A stretch of 64,000 bases of DNA from Octopus sinensis (GCF_006345805.1 NC_043006.1:56420001-56484000); one strand, 5' to 3'. Shown: positions 38,485-53,161, numbered from the stretch's first letter. The notes: generated from the letters alone by a model not told the origin. Made by a program: numbers and translations.

Positions 38485-38930
38485 CATAGGAATATATTGT
38501 GATTTATCCCCATTTTTGAACTTCAGCTTCTACCATATTCCCGCAAAGATTTTTCGGGATTTTGAAAAATATTTCCATTCATCTAGCAGGTACAAGAAAA
38601 TTTTCAATAGGCATACAGTCAAATTGGCCTACTGTACACTGCCTAACCTTGTATCCACTACAGTAGCATTACATGATACGAAATTAAATTATGTCTTGAG
38701 TATCATTGATGTCCTGTACCACTGTGACATTAATTATGTCTCGGAGCTTCAATCACACTGTAGCATATTCTCTCATGTAAACCCCTCAGTAGCCCAAATT
38801 TTGCTAGCAACCCTACAGACGGAGTCGTAAAATTTCTGGCAATCCTACTCTGACATATCGACAAAGCATGGTGTAACTGTAAAAATAAGTCTCAATGTCC
38901 GCTCAGTGACCAGTGTTTTGGGTGAAACAA
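38485..38930 (+). pseudogene. Penelope-like element ORF remnant (post-RT region and Cys-rich linker before GIY-YIG)
   Basis: 'RNIL*FIP', 'FEKYFHSSSRYKKIFNRHTVKLAYCTLPNL' and 'CNCKNKSQCPLSDQC' resemble PLE motifs (WFNPP; KIFNRNTVKVSYSCMPN; CNC....CPL...C) recalled from memory. Confidence 0.7.
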
Positions 38931-41900
38931 TGCTTTGGACAAAATGCACGTCTATATGTATGCAGCGTCTACTCAATTTTAATTACGCTGGCATAACTAA
39001 CTAAATTCATTTAGAATTACAAAAAAAGTAGCTACATTTCATGTTGTCTACTAAATATGTAGGGCAAGTTCTAATTATTTATTGCATTTTTTCAATTTAT
39101 AAATTACCTTAAACTTTAAAAATATTAACAATTCGACAACTATTCTGCCTTTTATTCCATTAATATTTAATTCACCAATTTGTCGTTCGGCCAATTTGTA
39201 TTGCAACAAATATGTTTTTCTACGGACATATCTTTCTTTGAATATATTTTAATTTACCTTCGAGGAGTAAAAAATTTCAATGCATACGTTATCGGCGAAA
39301 AAGCAAATAGACGTACATGAGCCTAGGTAGTGTAAATCTACTTTCTTTAATCGTGATATTGAATAACTGAGAACGCAACACAATGGCTCCACAATATTTG
39401 GCATTACAATATTATGTTTATGTAAATTAAATGAACGGGAAGACAGGACTGCAAATATTCCATACAAAAAAAAATATAGAATAATTACTACAAATTACCT
39501 TTCAGAACATCTAGACTCTTCGGAGATTATTCACCACTTCAACCACTGTAGAACTAAAGACAGTTACTCTTTAACTAAACAATATATAATACCAGGGGCA
39601 AGACGTACATAAATTAGCCAGAAACAGACAATTTAGTACTTATTTATACACCAAGAAGAAATAATGCCGTAGAAACCTAGTGAAAACTACCTTCATATTC
39701 GATTTATGGGTTTGAACCTGTGAATTTTCGATAAGTTCCCGTGTGATTAAAAGCGAATTCCAGCATTTGGAGAATTTGCTTTTCATCACATTGATTTGTT
39801 CTGTTCCGTGAATTTTATTGTGATAATTTTTCCTAACTTTAAAATAATGCTATTTCCCTGACTTTAATGTTTCCGTTTACACTCATTTACAAGATTATTT
39901 TATTAGCATCCTTATGAACTAATAAGAAACACACGTATAAATCTCTTAAATAGGCACACATCAAACACCATAAAATAATTGTAGGCGGGTGTATGGCATC
40001 ATTTAACCCTTTCTCAAAACCATTAACGTCAGTGAGAAGCGAATACTTTTTAAACGACAATATAAACACCACCTCTCATCGATTTTTCTTCCTGCCATCT
40101 TATATTTTGCACATCGACTGTGTCTCTCCACTCTAGAATGTTTATTATTTGATAAAGCATCTTTTAAAAATGATTTCCTTTTGTTCCGTTCGTTTGGTTA
40201 ATGTCTTAATTTTACAATACATTAAAGTAGGTTAATGGAAGACAACCTCGGGTGCAAAAGAACACTTGAGAATGAAATAACTTATGTGTAATCTGTTTCA
40301 ACCAGTTCATAAAACTGTCAAGGAAGCACGTGTTATCTTCTTTTGAAATTTGTTTACTGATGGAATGCAAAGTCATATTTTCCTCAAAATAGAACAGATT
40401 ACACAGTTATTTTTTGAATAACCTTGCAGAATAATTTCAACGGAAAAAAAAATCAATAGTTTATTTGCAAGTGCATTGCTGTTCTATTGTTTATTTCTTA
40501 GTTTTCTTAGTTTCTCTTAGCTTTGTGTTTTAGTATAATTTATGGAGTTAATTGATAACAAAGCGTTTACGTTGCAACCGCACGTTCTCGGATTCTGAAC
40601 TCGTCAGGCGCCTACATATACAATTGAACTGTATTTTAGCTATGAGTATTTTTTTTCGAAATCTTGCCAGTGAATTTAATAGGAAAACGTTAGATATCCC
40701 CATACACAGACACACAAACATATACACACACATATCAATGAAGTTGTATATAAAATAACAGAATAAAAGAATTCGTTAAGTAGACTGAATTATTATATTT
40801 GTTTAAAAGTGACTTCGAAGTTTCAATTTATATGCATAATCAAATTGTGTAGGTGTGGGGAGATGATTATGCGATATATACATGTATGCTCGGCATAGAT
40901 GTAAAGAAGGGTGTAGATGGGCGGTGGTTTTATAAAAAAATATACGAGGAATACTATGTAAGCGCATAACCAGTAACTAATAAAATATGCAAAATTTAGC
41001 AGCTATATAAATATGCAAAGTTGATAACGAGCATTATTAAGAGATGGAAAACAAGAGATTACTCTAGAGCTGGATGTATTCTAACATTTACACAAAAAAC
41101 CCTGGAATTTTAATAATGATGGCTATATATATTAATTAGTAATTAAAGTAGTAAGTTTTCTTTTTATAGTTGACATGACTAATGTTGCCCTCATTACAAA
41201 TACTTAAGTTCATATTGGAATTAATAAAAGAACTTGTTAAACTTTGTACTAATTTTGACTCATTATTTTATAATTTATTATCAATAGGATTTGGTGTAAT
41301 ATATACCAACCTAACATGAGACATGTGAATTAGAAGTGTGACAGAAGTGTTTTGGTTTAGAAACAATGCACCACCCTGTCCAGGAGTCGAAACCACGATC
41401 TTGCGTTCGTGAGTACCATACGCTAAATACTATCCCACACACTTTATATCTCTAAGAAGTCCCCTACATAAATAAATATAACCAAATAAGTTTTCAAAAA
41501 TGTACACATTAAATGGATTTATGTACATTTGAAAAAGGTGAAGTTTGAGGAAGCGAATAACTGGAATGTAATCAGGGATGCATTGATACACACTCATTTA
41601 CACACATACAGAATATTAAAGAAACATGTGTATATCCTTATAAATGTACACACATACACGCACAAATACGTGTACGCATGGGTATAAGATATTAGGAGTC
41701 CAAAGAAAGAGAGACAGAGGGAGACAGAGAGATGGGGGGGGGGAGAAAAGAGAAAAGTTTTTCAAATCGAGTCTTAATGTTTCATATTTCTATGTAATGC
41801 TGTAGGAGTTTCCACTGTCATTCAGGTATTTGGTTGAGTAAACAACGACAAAAACATAATTATAATCAATGAAATGCTTCTTTCGAGCCTTCATGCAAAT

Positions 41901-42146
41901 AGTAAAAGGTGATGCAGGTTTTCATTGAAACGGATTCAAGGTAAACATAATACACCTCGAATGAATTTTGGCATTTAGTGCCAGATAATGAAATGAAATC
42001 ATTATGCGATGAAACATGAAAATGACATATTACTTTTTATTCTGTTTCAATAGTCTCCATCCATCGCCAATTTTGTTTTTCTCTTATTTCATAATGTTGG
42101 TGTAACTGCTCGAGTAAAGCCGCCCACCCAAAAGTCCACTAAAATA

Positions 42147-42200
<54 letters not shown>

Positions 42201-42227
42201 CCTCGTCGAAAACGTTTAGAACAGTAT

Positions 42228-42254
42228 TTCATAATGTTGTGTGCGCGTGTGTGT

Positions 42255-42285
<31 letters not shown>

Positions 42286-42420
42286 ATATATATATATTCA
42301 TATACAGATACATATATACACATATATATACACACACATATAGACATACATATATGCGTATATACGCGTATGTATGTATATATATATATGTATTTTATAA
42401 TGTTGTGTGCGCGTGTGTGA

Positions 42421-42500
<80 letters not shown>

Positions 42501-42504
42501 CATA

Positions 42505-42536
<32 letters not shown>

Positions 42537-42539
42537 CAT

Positions 42540-42573
<34 letters not shown>

Positions 42574-42744
42574 CATACATATATACATACATATATATAT
42601 ATATATTATATATATATATATATTCATATACAGATACATATATACACATATATATACACACACATATAGACATACATATATGCGTATATACGCGTATGTA
42701 TGTATATATATATGTATTTTATAATGTTGTGTGCGCGTGTGTGA

Positions 42745-42802
<58 letters not shown>

Positions 42803-42830
42803 CATATATATATATACATATATATACATA

Positions 42831-42886
<56 letters not shown>

Positions 42887-42898
42887 CATATATATACA

Positions 42899-42930
<32 letters not shown>

Positions 42931-42931
42931 C

Positions 42932-42964
<33 letters not shown>

Positions 42965-43023
42965 CATACATATATATATACATATATATATACATATATA
43001 TATACATACATATATATATATAC

Positions 43024-43054
<31 letters not shown>

Positions 43055-43221
43055 CATATATATACATATATATATTATATACATATATATATATATATAC
43101 ATATATATGTATATATATATATATAACATATATATGTATATATATATATATATATTCATATACACATACATATATACACACATATATACACACACATATA
43201 GACATACATACATATATATAT

Positions 43222-43272
<51 letters not shown>

Positions 43273-43557
43273 TATATATATATATACATATATATGTATA
43301 CATATATATTTACGCGTATGTATGTATATATATATGTGTGTATGTACGCATACACACGCTGTCACGCACACACACACACACACACAACATACACACACAC
43401 AACATATATATGTATATACACTTATATGTCTTTGTATGTGGGAGCAGGTGTGCGTGGGTGCTTGTGTTTGTGTGTGTGTGTTGTGTGTGTGTGTTGTGTG
43501 TGTGTATGTTGTGTGTGTGTGTATGTGTGTCTGTGTGTCTGTGTGTCTGTGTGTCTG

Positions 43558-43597
<40 letters not shown>

Positions 43598-43600
43598 TAC
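42228..43600. repeat. Compound (TA)n/(CA)n/(TG)n array with higher-order duplications
   Basis: ATAATGTTGTGTGCGCGTGTGT recurs at ~42231, 42397 and 42721. Confidence 0.9.
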
Positions 43601-44453
43601 AGCGTGTGTATGTGTACATAGGTAGCGGCCGTGTTTGCATCTCGCCAATTGACATGTCCCTCTTTCATGAGTCGTTCGGCGAATCTGGCCGATAAAATAA
43701 GTACAAGATTTAACAAGACTACTGGAATCAATTTGATCAGAAAAGCACCTTTAAGGTGCCATCCATGCCCCGGAATGGTCGGATACCAATTATTGAAACA
43801 AGTAAAAGAATTAAAGTATCTATATATATATATTAGCTGCAAATCTGTGTCAGTGACTCCAGGGCCGACAGTTTCATGCCTACACTTACGTGTGGATTTG
43901 TATATATATATATAGAGAGAGAGAGAACCATATGAGTGTGCGTATGTGACCGCATATATATATATATATATTGTATGTAAATATCTCTATGATATAACTA
44001 GTTGCCTGGGTGTTAATCAATTCTCCATGACTTTCATTCAGAAAACCTTCTCACAACTATTGTAGTTGCATGAAGTAGACGTTGAATAATATTCCACTGA
44101 GATTCTATTTTCAGTGGTGTTAATTGGATACGAACTTCTGGCCGGATGTGTCCTGCATGAAGTCCCCTACTTTAATATGTGAATGCCAGAAACTTCAGCT
44201 GCTACATAGTGAATCTCAATATTTCCATGCACAGCTCAATGGTTTTCTCTATTAATAAAAATAACTACATACTTTATAGAATTTTACACACACAAACAAA
44301 CAAACTCTCTCTCTCTCTCACACACACACACACAAACTGCACATATGGCACATATGCACATGTTTATTTACAGATGTGTGTGTATGCGTCTGTACATATG
44401 TATATATATCCTTGTATGGTGCGTGTATGAGTGGAGAGAGAGAGAAGGTAGGG

Positions 44454-44454
<1 letters not shown>

Positions 44455-44527
<73 letters not shown>

Positions 44528-44528
44528 G

Positions 44529-44608
<80 letters not shown>

Positions 44609-44645
44609 AAGAAAGATAGTTAGATAGATAAAGAAAGTTAGATAG
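44455..44645. repeat. (GATA)n microsatellite
   Basis: Directly visible; similar arrays at 60625-60700, 62859-62970 and 63650-63730. Confidence 0.95.
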
Positions 44646-44815
44646 AGAGAGATGGTGATATTGGTGTAGAAAGAGCGAGAAGTGGAAGTTAAATTTGCGA
44701 ATCTAAAATTACAATTCGCTTTTCATGTGCTTACACATACATTACGGAACAGTTATTCATCGGTGGAGCGTTAAATGCAACTATATAGAACGATGCACAC
44801 AGTAAAGGATCTAGT

Positions 44816-44893
<78 letters not shown>

Positions 44894-44953
44894 TACATAT
44901 AATATATATATATATATGTATATATATATACATATGTATATATATATACATAC

Positions 44954-44985
<32 letters not shown>

Positions 44986-45238
44986 ATACATATGTATATA
45001 TATGTATGTATGTATATATATATTTATGCATGTACGTTTGTATCTATGTTATGTGTGTGTATATGAACGTGTGAGTGTGTATTCGCGTGTATATACGCGT
45101 ATGTCTGTGTGTATGTATGTATATATGTATAAGCATGCATATTTAGACATCGATATACCCTTGCATACGCAAACATGTGTATACATTTTCATTTTACAAT
45201 CGAATAAAAACGTGTGTGAGCGTCTATTATATGTGTGT

Positions 45239-45286
<48 letters not shown>

Positions 45287-45789
45287 CGTGCTACAGCCTT
45301 CTCGAAAATAGTTTTCGGTCAGTGACCGAATTTGGTATGGTTACTCTAATGCAGCAACAGCGTCGGCAAACTTGGCACAATCGTTAGCGCGTCGGACAAA
45401 CTGCATTTCGTCCACTAATGCATTCTAAATTCAAATGTTACCGAGGTCAGCTCTGCTTTTCAGCCTTTCGGTATCGATAAAATAAGTACTGTCAAGAAAA
45501 GATTATTATTTTTTTTTATTATCATTATTATTGTTGTTGTCTTCCCGCGAAGTTCTTCCAGCGAAGAAGTTCTTAGTATACGTTAAAATAAACACAGTTG
45601 ATCGTTCGTTTACAAAGTCATGTGATAGAAAAAGAAAGGGTAGAGGGAAAAACGAAAACAGGGAAAAAAAGAAAACAAAAGGGAAAGGAAAGGAAATTCA
45701 CAGCAACAATGCTCTTCTCAGTTAAGACAATCTTTCACACTTCCTGCATGATTGGTAAGCTAGGGATCATTCTTAAATAATATTTAGAT

Positions 45790-46170
45790 CCTTTTTTTCA
45801 TCATTCCGAGTGCTCCTACAATCACTGTTACTGTCGCCGTCTTGAGATGCCACAAAGTTTTTTACGATTTCGATCAGCAAATCTTAATATTTTCAGAGCT
45901 TATCAAATTCGTTTGCCAAGATGCTATGATCACAAGGTATGCTCATGTCATTCAATAAACAGACTTTATTTCTTTTGCTTTTTACAATATCTGGTTTATT
46001 AGCTTTGATGGTCCGGTCTGAATGTACTGGAAAGTCCCAAAGAATCATTACATTTTCTCCCTCAGTTACAGCCACAGGGTGGTCCTCGTACGATTTATCA
46101 GCAGTTTTGATTTTATAATACCAACACATTATCCAGTGTAGATACAGGCCAACTCTGTTATGTCTACCGG
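45790..46170 (-). mobile_element. Decayed Dong-like RLE fragment
   Basis: 'ILWDFPVHSDRTIKANKPDIV...LNDMSIPCD' is homologous to the 20521 ORF. Confidence 0.8.
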
Positions 46171-46636
46171 TGATAAAACCTTACACTCAGAGATTAGGTA
46201 GGCCACTGTTTCAGTCTCATCGTTGTAATATCGGTACTTTGGGTCTACTCCATTTTTCATTACATTGGATTAGTAGTTCTGGGTCAATAAGCTCTGATCT
46301 TGAGCAGCTAAGACAAAGCCTTCGTTCTCTGCCTTTAGGTCCGAGTTTCGTAGTCACTGATGGGAGTGCGTCTGGTCTACATCAGCTTGTTTCGTACTGC
46401 CCCGTATTTGTCATGCAGAGGGTTTTTTCCTCTACCTATTAGCCTATTGTTCAAACGCTTTTTGTTTTGCCATTGATTTCACTTTGTTTGCAACAATTGC
46501 CGCGCTTCCATCATGCTGGTCTGGGTATAAAACAAAAACTCACTAGCAAATATCTAGCTCTCCTTCATGACAAAACGAAGCTTCTTACGTCTCTCATGGT
46601 TTATTATTATTATTTTTATTATTATTATTATTATTA

Positions 46637-46698
<62 letters not shown>

Positions 46699-46700
<2 letters not shown>

Positions 46701-47328
46701 GAGTGAGAGAGCAGTGCATGCCATCAAAGTGACACTGGGGTAAAATATACGAAGCCCAGTATACCCATCATGACTACCCGTCTGATAAGGGTACACTAGG
46801 CACATGCATCACAACCATGTGTGCGCGACATGGTGATCTCATATCAAGATAAACAGCACATGACCTTGCAGGTGGGGCCCAGTTAGAATTTTCTTCAGGT
46901 CGAGTAACCCATCCCACTCGAAAGGTCCCTGAATAAGGGTTGTTTAAGGATGTTAAAAGAAACACCCATGTTTCCAGAGGTGAATTATTCAAACCCCAAA
47001 GAATCCCTCTCAACACACGGCTATGATGTTCCCCCACTACTTCTGCTCGTGATTAGAGATGCACATATCATCAGCCACTAAGGCACATGCTCAACTGGTT
47101 AAGGTAAAACAACTGACAAGCAAATCTGTGGTATTGAGCAGAATATTTGCTGTAGCCCATCTTTTATACCAAGACAAAACAATGTACATGATAACACTTC
47201 CAATCAGTTAAGATCAGAAGCCATGAGAGCCACTGCCTGGTACTGCATCAGGGCATTTATACTGCATCAGGGCATTGGTACTGCATCAGGACATTGGTAC
47301 GGCATCAGGGCATTGGTACTGCATCAGG

Positions 47329-47329
<1 letters not shown>
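46699..47329 (-). mobile_element. (TAA)n-targeted non-coding retroelement with five 19-bp tandem repeats at its 5' end
   Basis: Flanked by (TTA)n on both sides. Same family as 21657-22015. GGTACTGCATCAGGGCATT x5 at 47239-47329. Confidence 0.8.
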
Positions 47330-47386
<57 letters not shown>

Positions 47387-47396
47387 TACTACTACT

Positions 47397-48390
47397 ACCC
47401 TGCGATATCATTCTCTTCTGAACCTTTCCCTCATCACTGAATGCCTGATTCAGTCCCCTTCAAGTACCCCTAGGTACTTGAAGGCTGGTTCTAACTCTTT
47501 TATGACATTCTGCTGGTCTAAGGTTAACGTTAAATGTTTCTGTCAAATTTTCCTTTGATAAAGGTAGCTTTTGCACATTTATCGAGGCCAAATTGCATCC
47601 TGTCATCACTGAATTGTTTAACAATCGCTAGTAAATCCTTGAGTTATTGGTCATTTTTTTGCAAAGAGCTTTAAACCATCCATATAAATGAGATGATTTA
47701 TATTTTTATCAAACATTTTATAAATGTACTGTGCATCATTGAGTAATTTTGAGGGAGACATTAAGGTTAGACAAAAGAGGAGTGGTGATAGTGAGTCACC
47801 CTGGAAAATGCCACATGAAATTTTTATATCTCCAGCATTTAGAGATTCATTGTCGATGTTCAAAATCAGTGTGGTTCTCCATCATCTCATACTTACAAAC
47901 AAAAAGTTTCGCAGAGTAGGCGCTATTTTATACATTTCCAGACATTTCTTAATCCAGCTATGTGGTAGGCTATCAAAAGCTTTTTTATGGTCTATCCAGG
48001 CTATTGAGAAGTTTTTGTGTCGTTTGTGAGAGTCTGCATCCTTTTTGCTCATTAGGGAATATGCTACTTTCTATAAAAAAAAACAATAGGTATATTCAGT
48101 CTGGACTGATGTTACCGTTTTATACATTGTTGTTAAGCAGTTTATAGGTCTATAATTTTTTTATTCATTTGTTTCTTCGTTTTTTTTGAAGTAGGAATGT
48201 TAAACCATTAACTAGCCAAGAAGGCATCATACTAGGATGTTGCAAAACATTGTTGTAAAGTTTTGTTAACAGTTCATGGCTCTCTGGGAAGGCATTCTAC
48301 CAGAAGTAGGAACTTTATCCTTTCCTGGAGACTTCCATTTGACCTCCTGAGAGCAGATCTTATAACTTCTACCTTGACAACCTCCCACTT
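47397..48390 (-). mobile_element. R4/Dong-like LINE reverse transcriptase fragment
   Basis: 'IDHKKAFDSLPHSWI', 'GIFQGDSLSPLLFC' and 'HLIYMDGLKLFAK' (YMDD site mutated). Confidence 0.85.
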
Positions 48391-48417
48391 TATTATTATT
48401 GTTATTATTATTATTAT

Positions 48418-48485
<68 letters not shown>

Positions 48486-48494
48486 TCATCATCG

Positions 48495-48541
<47 letters not shown>

Positions 48542-48559
48542 GTTATTATTATTATTATA

Positions 48560-49298
48560 TTGTCTTTACACAGCTTCTAACGCTGGAGTTGAACTACGGT
48601 GTCAGCTGTTCACTACCAGTGAATTAAGGTAACACCTCTTATTTTTCGAGCACCATACGGAGTATTCGAGCGGCTCCAAGCAGTGCTGTTTTCTGCAAGT
48701 GCTCCACTCTTATTGCAGCCCCTATTTGTTCCATGTACTTCTCAACATTTTTACTCACTGTTCAAAGGGCTCCAACAATTATTGGTACTACCATCACCTT
48801 TTTCATCGATCTCAACTAGTTAACCTCCCAAGATAAACTGTCATATCTAGCGGCTTTTCTTTCTTCCTTATCGCATACCTTGTTGTCAGCAGGTCATGCT
48901 ATATCTATGATTTAGCATCGTTTGCTTTCTTTCTCAATTAATACTATGTCTGGCTTCGGCTTTATGCTCGTACCACTTTTTTGTTCTGTCAAGTCCATAC
49001 TTGATGCAAAGTATTCAATGGACAATCCTGGCTATATTGTCATGACGTCTCTTCTACTCTTTCTGGGCTAGCGGTGTACATTGACTGGTAATATGCCATA
49101 CGGTTTCACCATTTTGTCCATAAATTTGGTAGTTATCACTTTCTGGTGTGTTGTCTAGGTGACAGGCAAACTCCCCCGCGTTAAATCCCACCACGGAAAG
49201 TTCTACAGGGTAGTATATTTCACAATAGGTAAATTTCACCACTGCATATTCCACCATGGTAAATTTCACCATAAAGATTGATTTCTATCTCACCTTCA

Positions 49299-49381
<83 letters not shown>

Positions 49382-49790
49382 TAAGTCTTGATTAATAGAC
49401 AGATTAAATAACATAGGTATTGACCCCCGGTCTAGTGAAACTGACCACGGTGATTATTAGCGGGTGGAATTTACCATGGTGGAATATACTGTGATTGAAT
49501 ATACCTATGGTGAAATTCACCTGGTGGAATTTTCCGTGGTGGAATTTACCGCTGTGGAATTTACCTACAACTGTTGTGTATTCTGTATTTGATGTAATTC
49601 GTTCTTAGCGCTTGCTCATGGGCAGCAGAGATTAGAGCCTCCATTTCTGGTTTTAAATCACTTTTAGTCATCCATTTTCTGTCTCTCTTATTTTTATCCA
49701 ACTATTTTCTGTTTCATATATTCTCAAGTGATTGCACAGAGCATTATCTTTGCAATCTTCCATCCTACACAAGCATCCGTACGTCATTGG
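48560..49790 (-). mobile_element. Decayed Dong-like LINE 3' part interrupted by a MITE
   Basis: 'GETVWHITSQCTPLAQKE' and KPDIVLIE; 3' region homologous to 55862-56270. Confidence 0.75.
49158..49571. mobile_element. Mutator-like MITE
   Basis: ~110-bp imperfect TIRs built from ~15-bp GGTAAATTCCACC units; 9-bp TSD TGTTGTCTA (49149-49157) / TGTTGTGTA (49572-49580); internal (CT)n. Confidence 0.7.
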
Positions 49791-49873
49791 ATAATAGTCT
49801 TAAACACTTGTTACAGCGCACGTGCCAATCTCTGTTTCCGTTATCAGTACCTCGTGACAGATCGAAGCAAGTT

Positions 49874-50062
49874 GAGCTGGCAGAACAGCTAGCACGCCGG
49901 GCGAAATGGCTAGCGGTGTTTCGTCTGCTGTTACGTTCTGAGTTCAAATTCCGCCGAGGTCGACTTTGCCTTTCATCCTTTCGGGGTCGATAAATTAAGT
50001 ACCAGTTACGCACTGGGGTCGATGTAATCGACTGGACACCTCCACAAAAATTTCGGACCTTG
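49874..50062 (+). mobile_element. SINE family B
   Basis: GAGCTGGCAGAA...GAGTTCAAATTCCGCCGAGGTCGACTTTGCCTTTCATCC. Confidence 0.85.
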
Positions 50063-50814
50063 CACACACATAACACACACACACACATACACACACACAT
50101 CTATGTATGTATATATAAAGACAAAGTCAAACACTTACGCGTACACATACACACACAATATACACACGCTATACACATATGTGCTGAAAAGCCTGGTTCT
50201 ATATGAATGCTACATGTAATAGAATGGTTTAAAACTCATATGTGTGTGTCTGTGTGCGTGCGTGCGCGCGAGAGCGTGTGTATGAGTCAATGTGTCCTCT
50301 TCTGTATGAGAAATAACATTACAACATACAGGATATGTGTAAAGAGATTGCGAGCAGAAGCTACGCAGAAATTGCCGAACGAGTGTCGTGTTAATAACTT
50401 CAGTTCTAACATGAATAATCCTAGTTAAATGGCCGTTAAAACTGCACAAGTAGTATGATAAATAATGATCCCTTCCACGAATAGGCACAAAGAACAGGTT
50501 ATAAATCTATTATGAGAGAAGAGCGTTGAAAAACGAATTTGGAATCAAATCACCCATCTTTGCATCTACAGAAAATTGAGTCACTATCATTAGTTGTTGT
50601 TTTTGCTGCTGTTGTTGCTGCTGTTGCTCTTGTTTGTGTTGTTATTGTTGTTGTAGTTCTTCTTCTTCTTCTTCTTCTTCTTCTTCTTCTCTTCTTCTCT
50701 TCTTCTTCTTCTTCTTCTTCTTCTTCTTCTTCATCTTCTACCACTTCCTTATCATCATCATCATCATCATCTTGTTCTTGTTCTTCTTATTGTTGCTGTT
50801 GTTATTATTATTAT

Positions 50815-50846
<32 letters not shown>

Positions 50847-51037
50847 ATAGTAGTAGTAGTAGTAGTAGTTAATAATAGTCTCAAAACAAAAAGTCACGAG
50901 AATATTTTGATCGGTGAGATCAACTCCCTAGCTATTAATCAGTTTAAATCGGTATAAATTGCTTACTATTATTTTCCATACCTCGTGTTATCTATAATAT
51001 ATATATATATGTGGTGTGTTGTGGGTATGCATATAAG

Positions 51038-51117
<80 letters not shown>

Positions 51118-51233
51118 TATATACATATATATATATTATGTTATATTATGTATGTATATACATGCACATATTCATATACATGTAAATATGTATGTGTATA
51201 TATATATATATATATTATATATATATATATATA

Positions 51234-51265
<32 letters not shown>

Positions 51266-51540
51266 ATATATATATGAATATATGTATTCATATGCATGTG
51301 TATGTTATACATACATATATATCTATATATATATATATATGTATGTATATTTATATAGGTATGCAACACTCATACATTTATGTTATTATATATGCTTATA
51401 TTTGTGTGCATGGAATATGTATGGGTTTTAAAATATAAACTCGTACGTATGAATATATTGCACGTGCTTCTTTTTGTCTTTTATTCATTTTTTTAACATA
51501 CTCACTCTATTCTTTCCCTTACTCTCTCTCCCACCTTCCA

Positions 51541-51578
<38 letters not shown>

Positions 51579-51633
51579 AGGCACTACAAGACACTGCTTT
51601 AACAAGAGCTAATTCAAGATATAATATATAAAC

Positions 51634-51847
51634 ACAGGGGCTAAACACAGAGGAGACAAACAAGGATAGACAAACGGATTAAGTCGATTACATCGACACC
51701 AGTGCGTAACTGGTACTTAATTTATCGACCCCGAAAGGATGAAAAGCAAAGTCGACCTCTGCGGAATTTGAACCCAGAACGTAACGGCAGATGAAATACG
51801 GCTACCCATTTCGCCCGGCGTGCTAACGTTTCTGCCAGCTCGCCGCT
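51634..51847 (-). mobile_element. SINE family B
   Basis: Reverse complement of the family B head and core; flanked by TCAA(G/A)ATATAATATATA repeats (possible TSD). Confidence 0.85.
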
Positions 51848-52230
51848 TTCAATCAAAATATAATATAATATGAAAGTGTGGTCCATTAAATTCTAGGAGC
51901 TGCAAACAATTTGGAGATGCCCTACAACTTAAAAGAACTTTGATAGATTCGCAAGGTCTCACTAAAGCTAATAAATTTATAAATCTGAATGAACCCAATA
52001 ACTAAGATAGGACTAAATAAATTTAGAAACTCTACTAGATTAAAAATAGTAAACAAATTTTAAAAATTACAAATTGTTTATTTGATTGCTGTAAGTACCT
52101 TTCTTTAAATTTTTAACTCTAAGATTCAGGTGTCTTTAAGTTAAAGGGACTCCCCTTCGGGAGGACCCCTGGGCCATGACCCATATTGGCCCATACATAA
52201 ATTCGACCCTGTATACACACACGCACACAT

Positions 52231-52271
<41 letters not shown>

Positions 52272-52394
52272 TACTTGGAGGATAAGAAACGAAACGACGC
52301 GAGGCGCTCAGTCATATAATAACAATTTAATAAATAAAATATATGCATACATACATACATATATGTACTTACCTACATCTATATGTATATATAC

Positions 52395-53089
52395 ATGCAT
52401 ATATATACCGCAAATAAACGTAGAACACAACGAGAAACGAAAACAAAAACAAACAAGGAAACGGATTTTTTTGCGCACTCTCTAACCCTTTACTTGACCT
52501 TTCCTTCCTTCCTGTCTGTCTTCCTTTCGACCTGTCTCTCTCCTTATTTTTCACCCTTTCTGGTTTCCTTTCCTCTCTATCTCTCTCTCTCTCTCACTCC
52601 TCCTCTCTCTCACTGCTGAGTGGACTACTAACTTTCTTTTGCTGGTAGCTTTCAACAAGTCAACATCGACTTTTTCTGTCTCTAGCAAGTCGATTCTGAA
52701 TTGCGCTCCAACGAATTTTTCCACCGTCTAGGCTTAAAAAAGCCCTCAATGTTGGTTTCATTGTCCTGTTTTTCTTTCTGTGTACTGTATTTTTATTTGT
52801 ATTGCTTTTACGTCCTGTTCTTGTCACTTTTTTTCTCTCCTTGTTTTACCCCTCTGCAAAGGGATTTTATTTAATTCATTTTGCAGGAAGGATTGCTTAG
52901 GCCGGATCGTGTTCTGCCCTTACTTTCAAAACACGCATTGAGTCGAACCAGGGGCAGCTGATGAAGGGGAATATTTCTTGTATTGTTTGTCTTGTACTCT
53001 GCTTTTTTGTTGTTAAAAAAAGTCCGTTTCCTTGTTTGTTTTTATGTTTTCGTTTCTCGTTGTTCTAAGTTTATTTGTGGTGTCCTGTA

Positions 53090-53093
<4 letters not shown>
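52395..53093 (+). mobile_element. PLE-like 3' fragment with a 5' inverted arm
   Basis: 52403-52472 is approximately the reverse complement of 53017-53081. CTGATGA at 52957 has no GAAA partner. Ends at (TA)n. Confidence 0.55.

Positions 53094-53161
<68 letters not shown>

Noticed and set aside
42216-43695. Long ORFs (329 aa, 212 aa and similar YI/CV/poly-I/poly-L ORFs throughout the window)
   Set aside because: Translations of stop-free microsatellites, not genes.
47239-47329. CRISPR-like short repeats
   Set aside because: Contiguous 19-bp tandem units with no spacers, no cas genes and a eukaryotic context.
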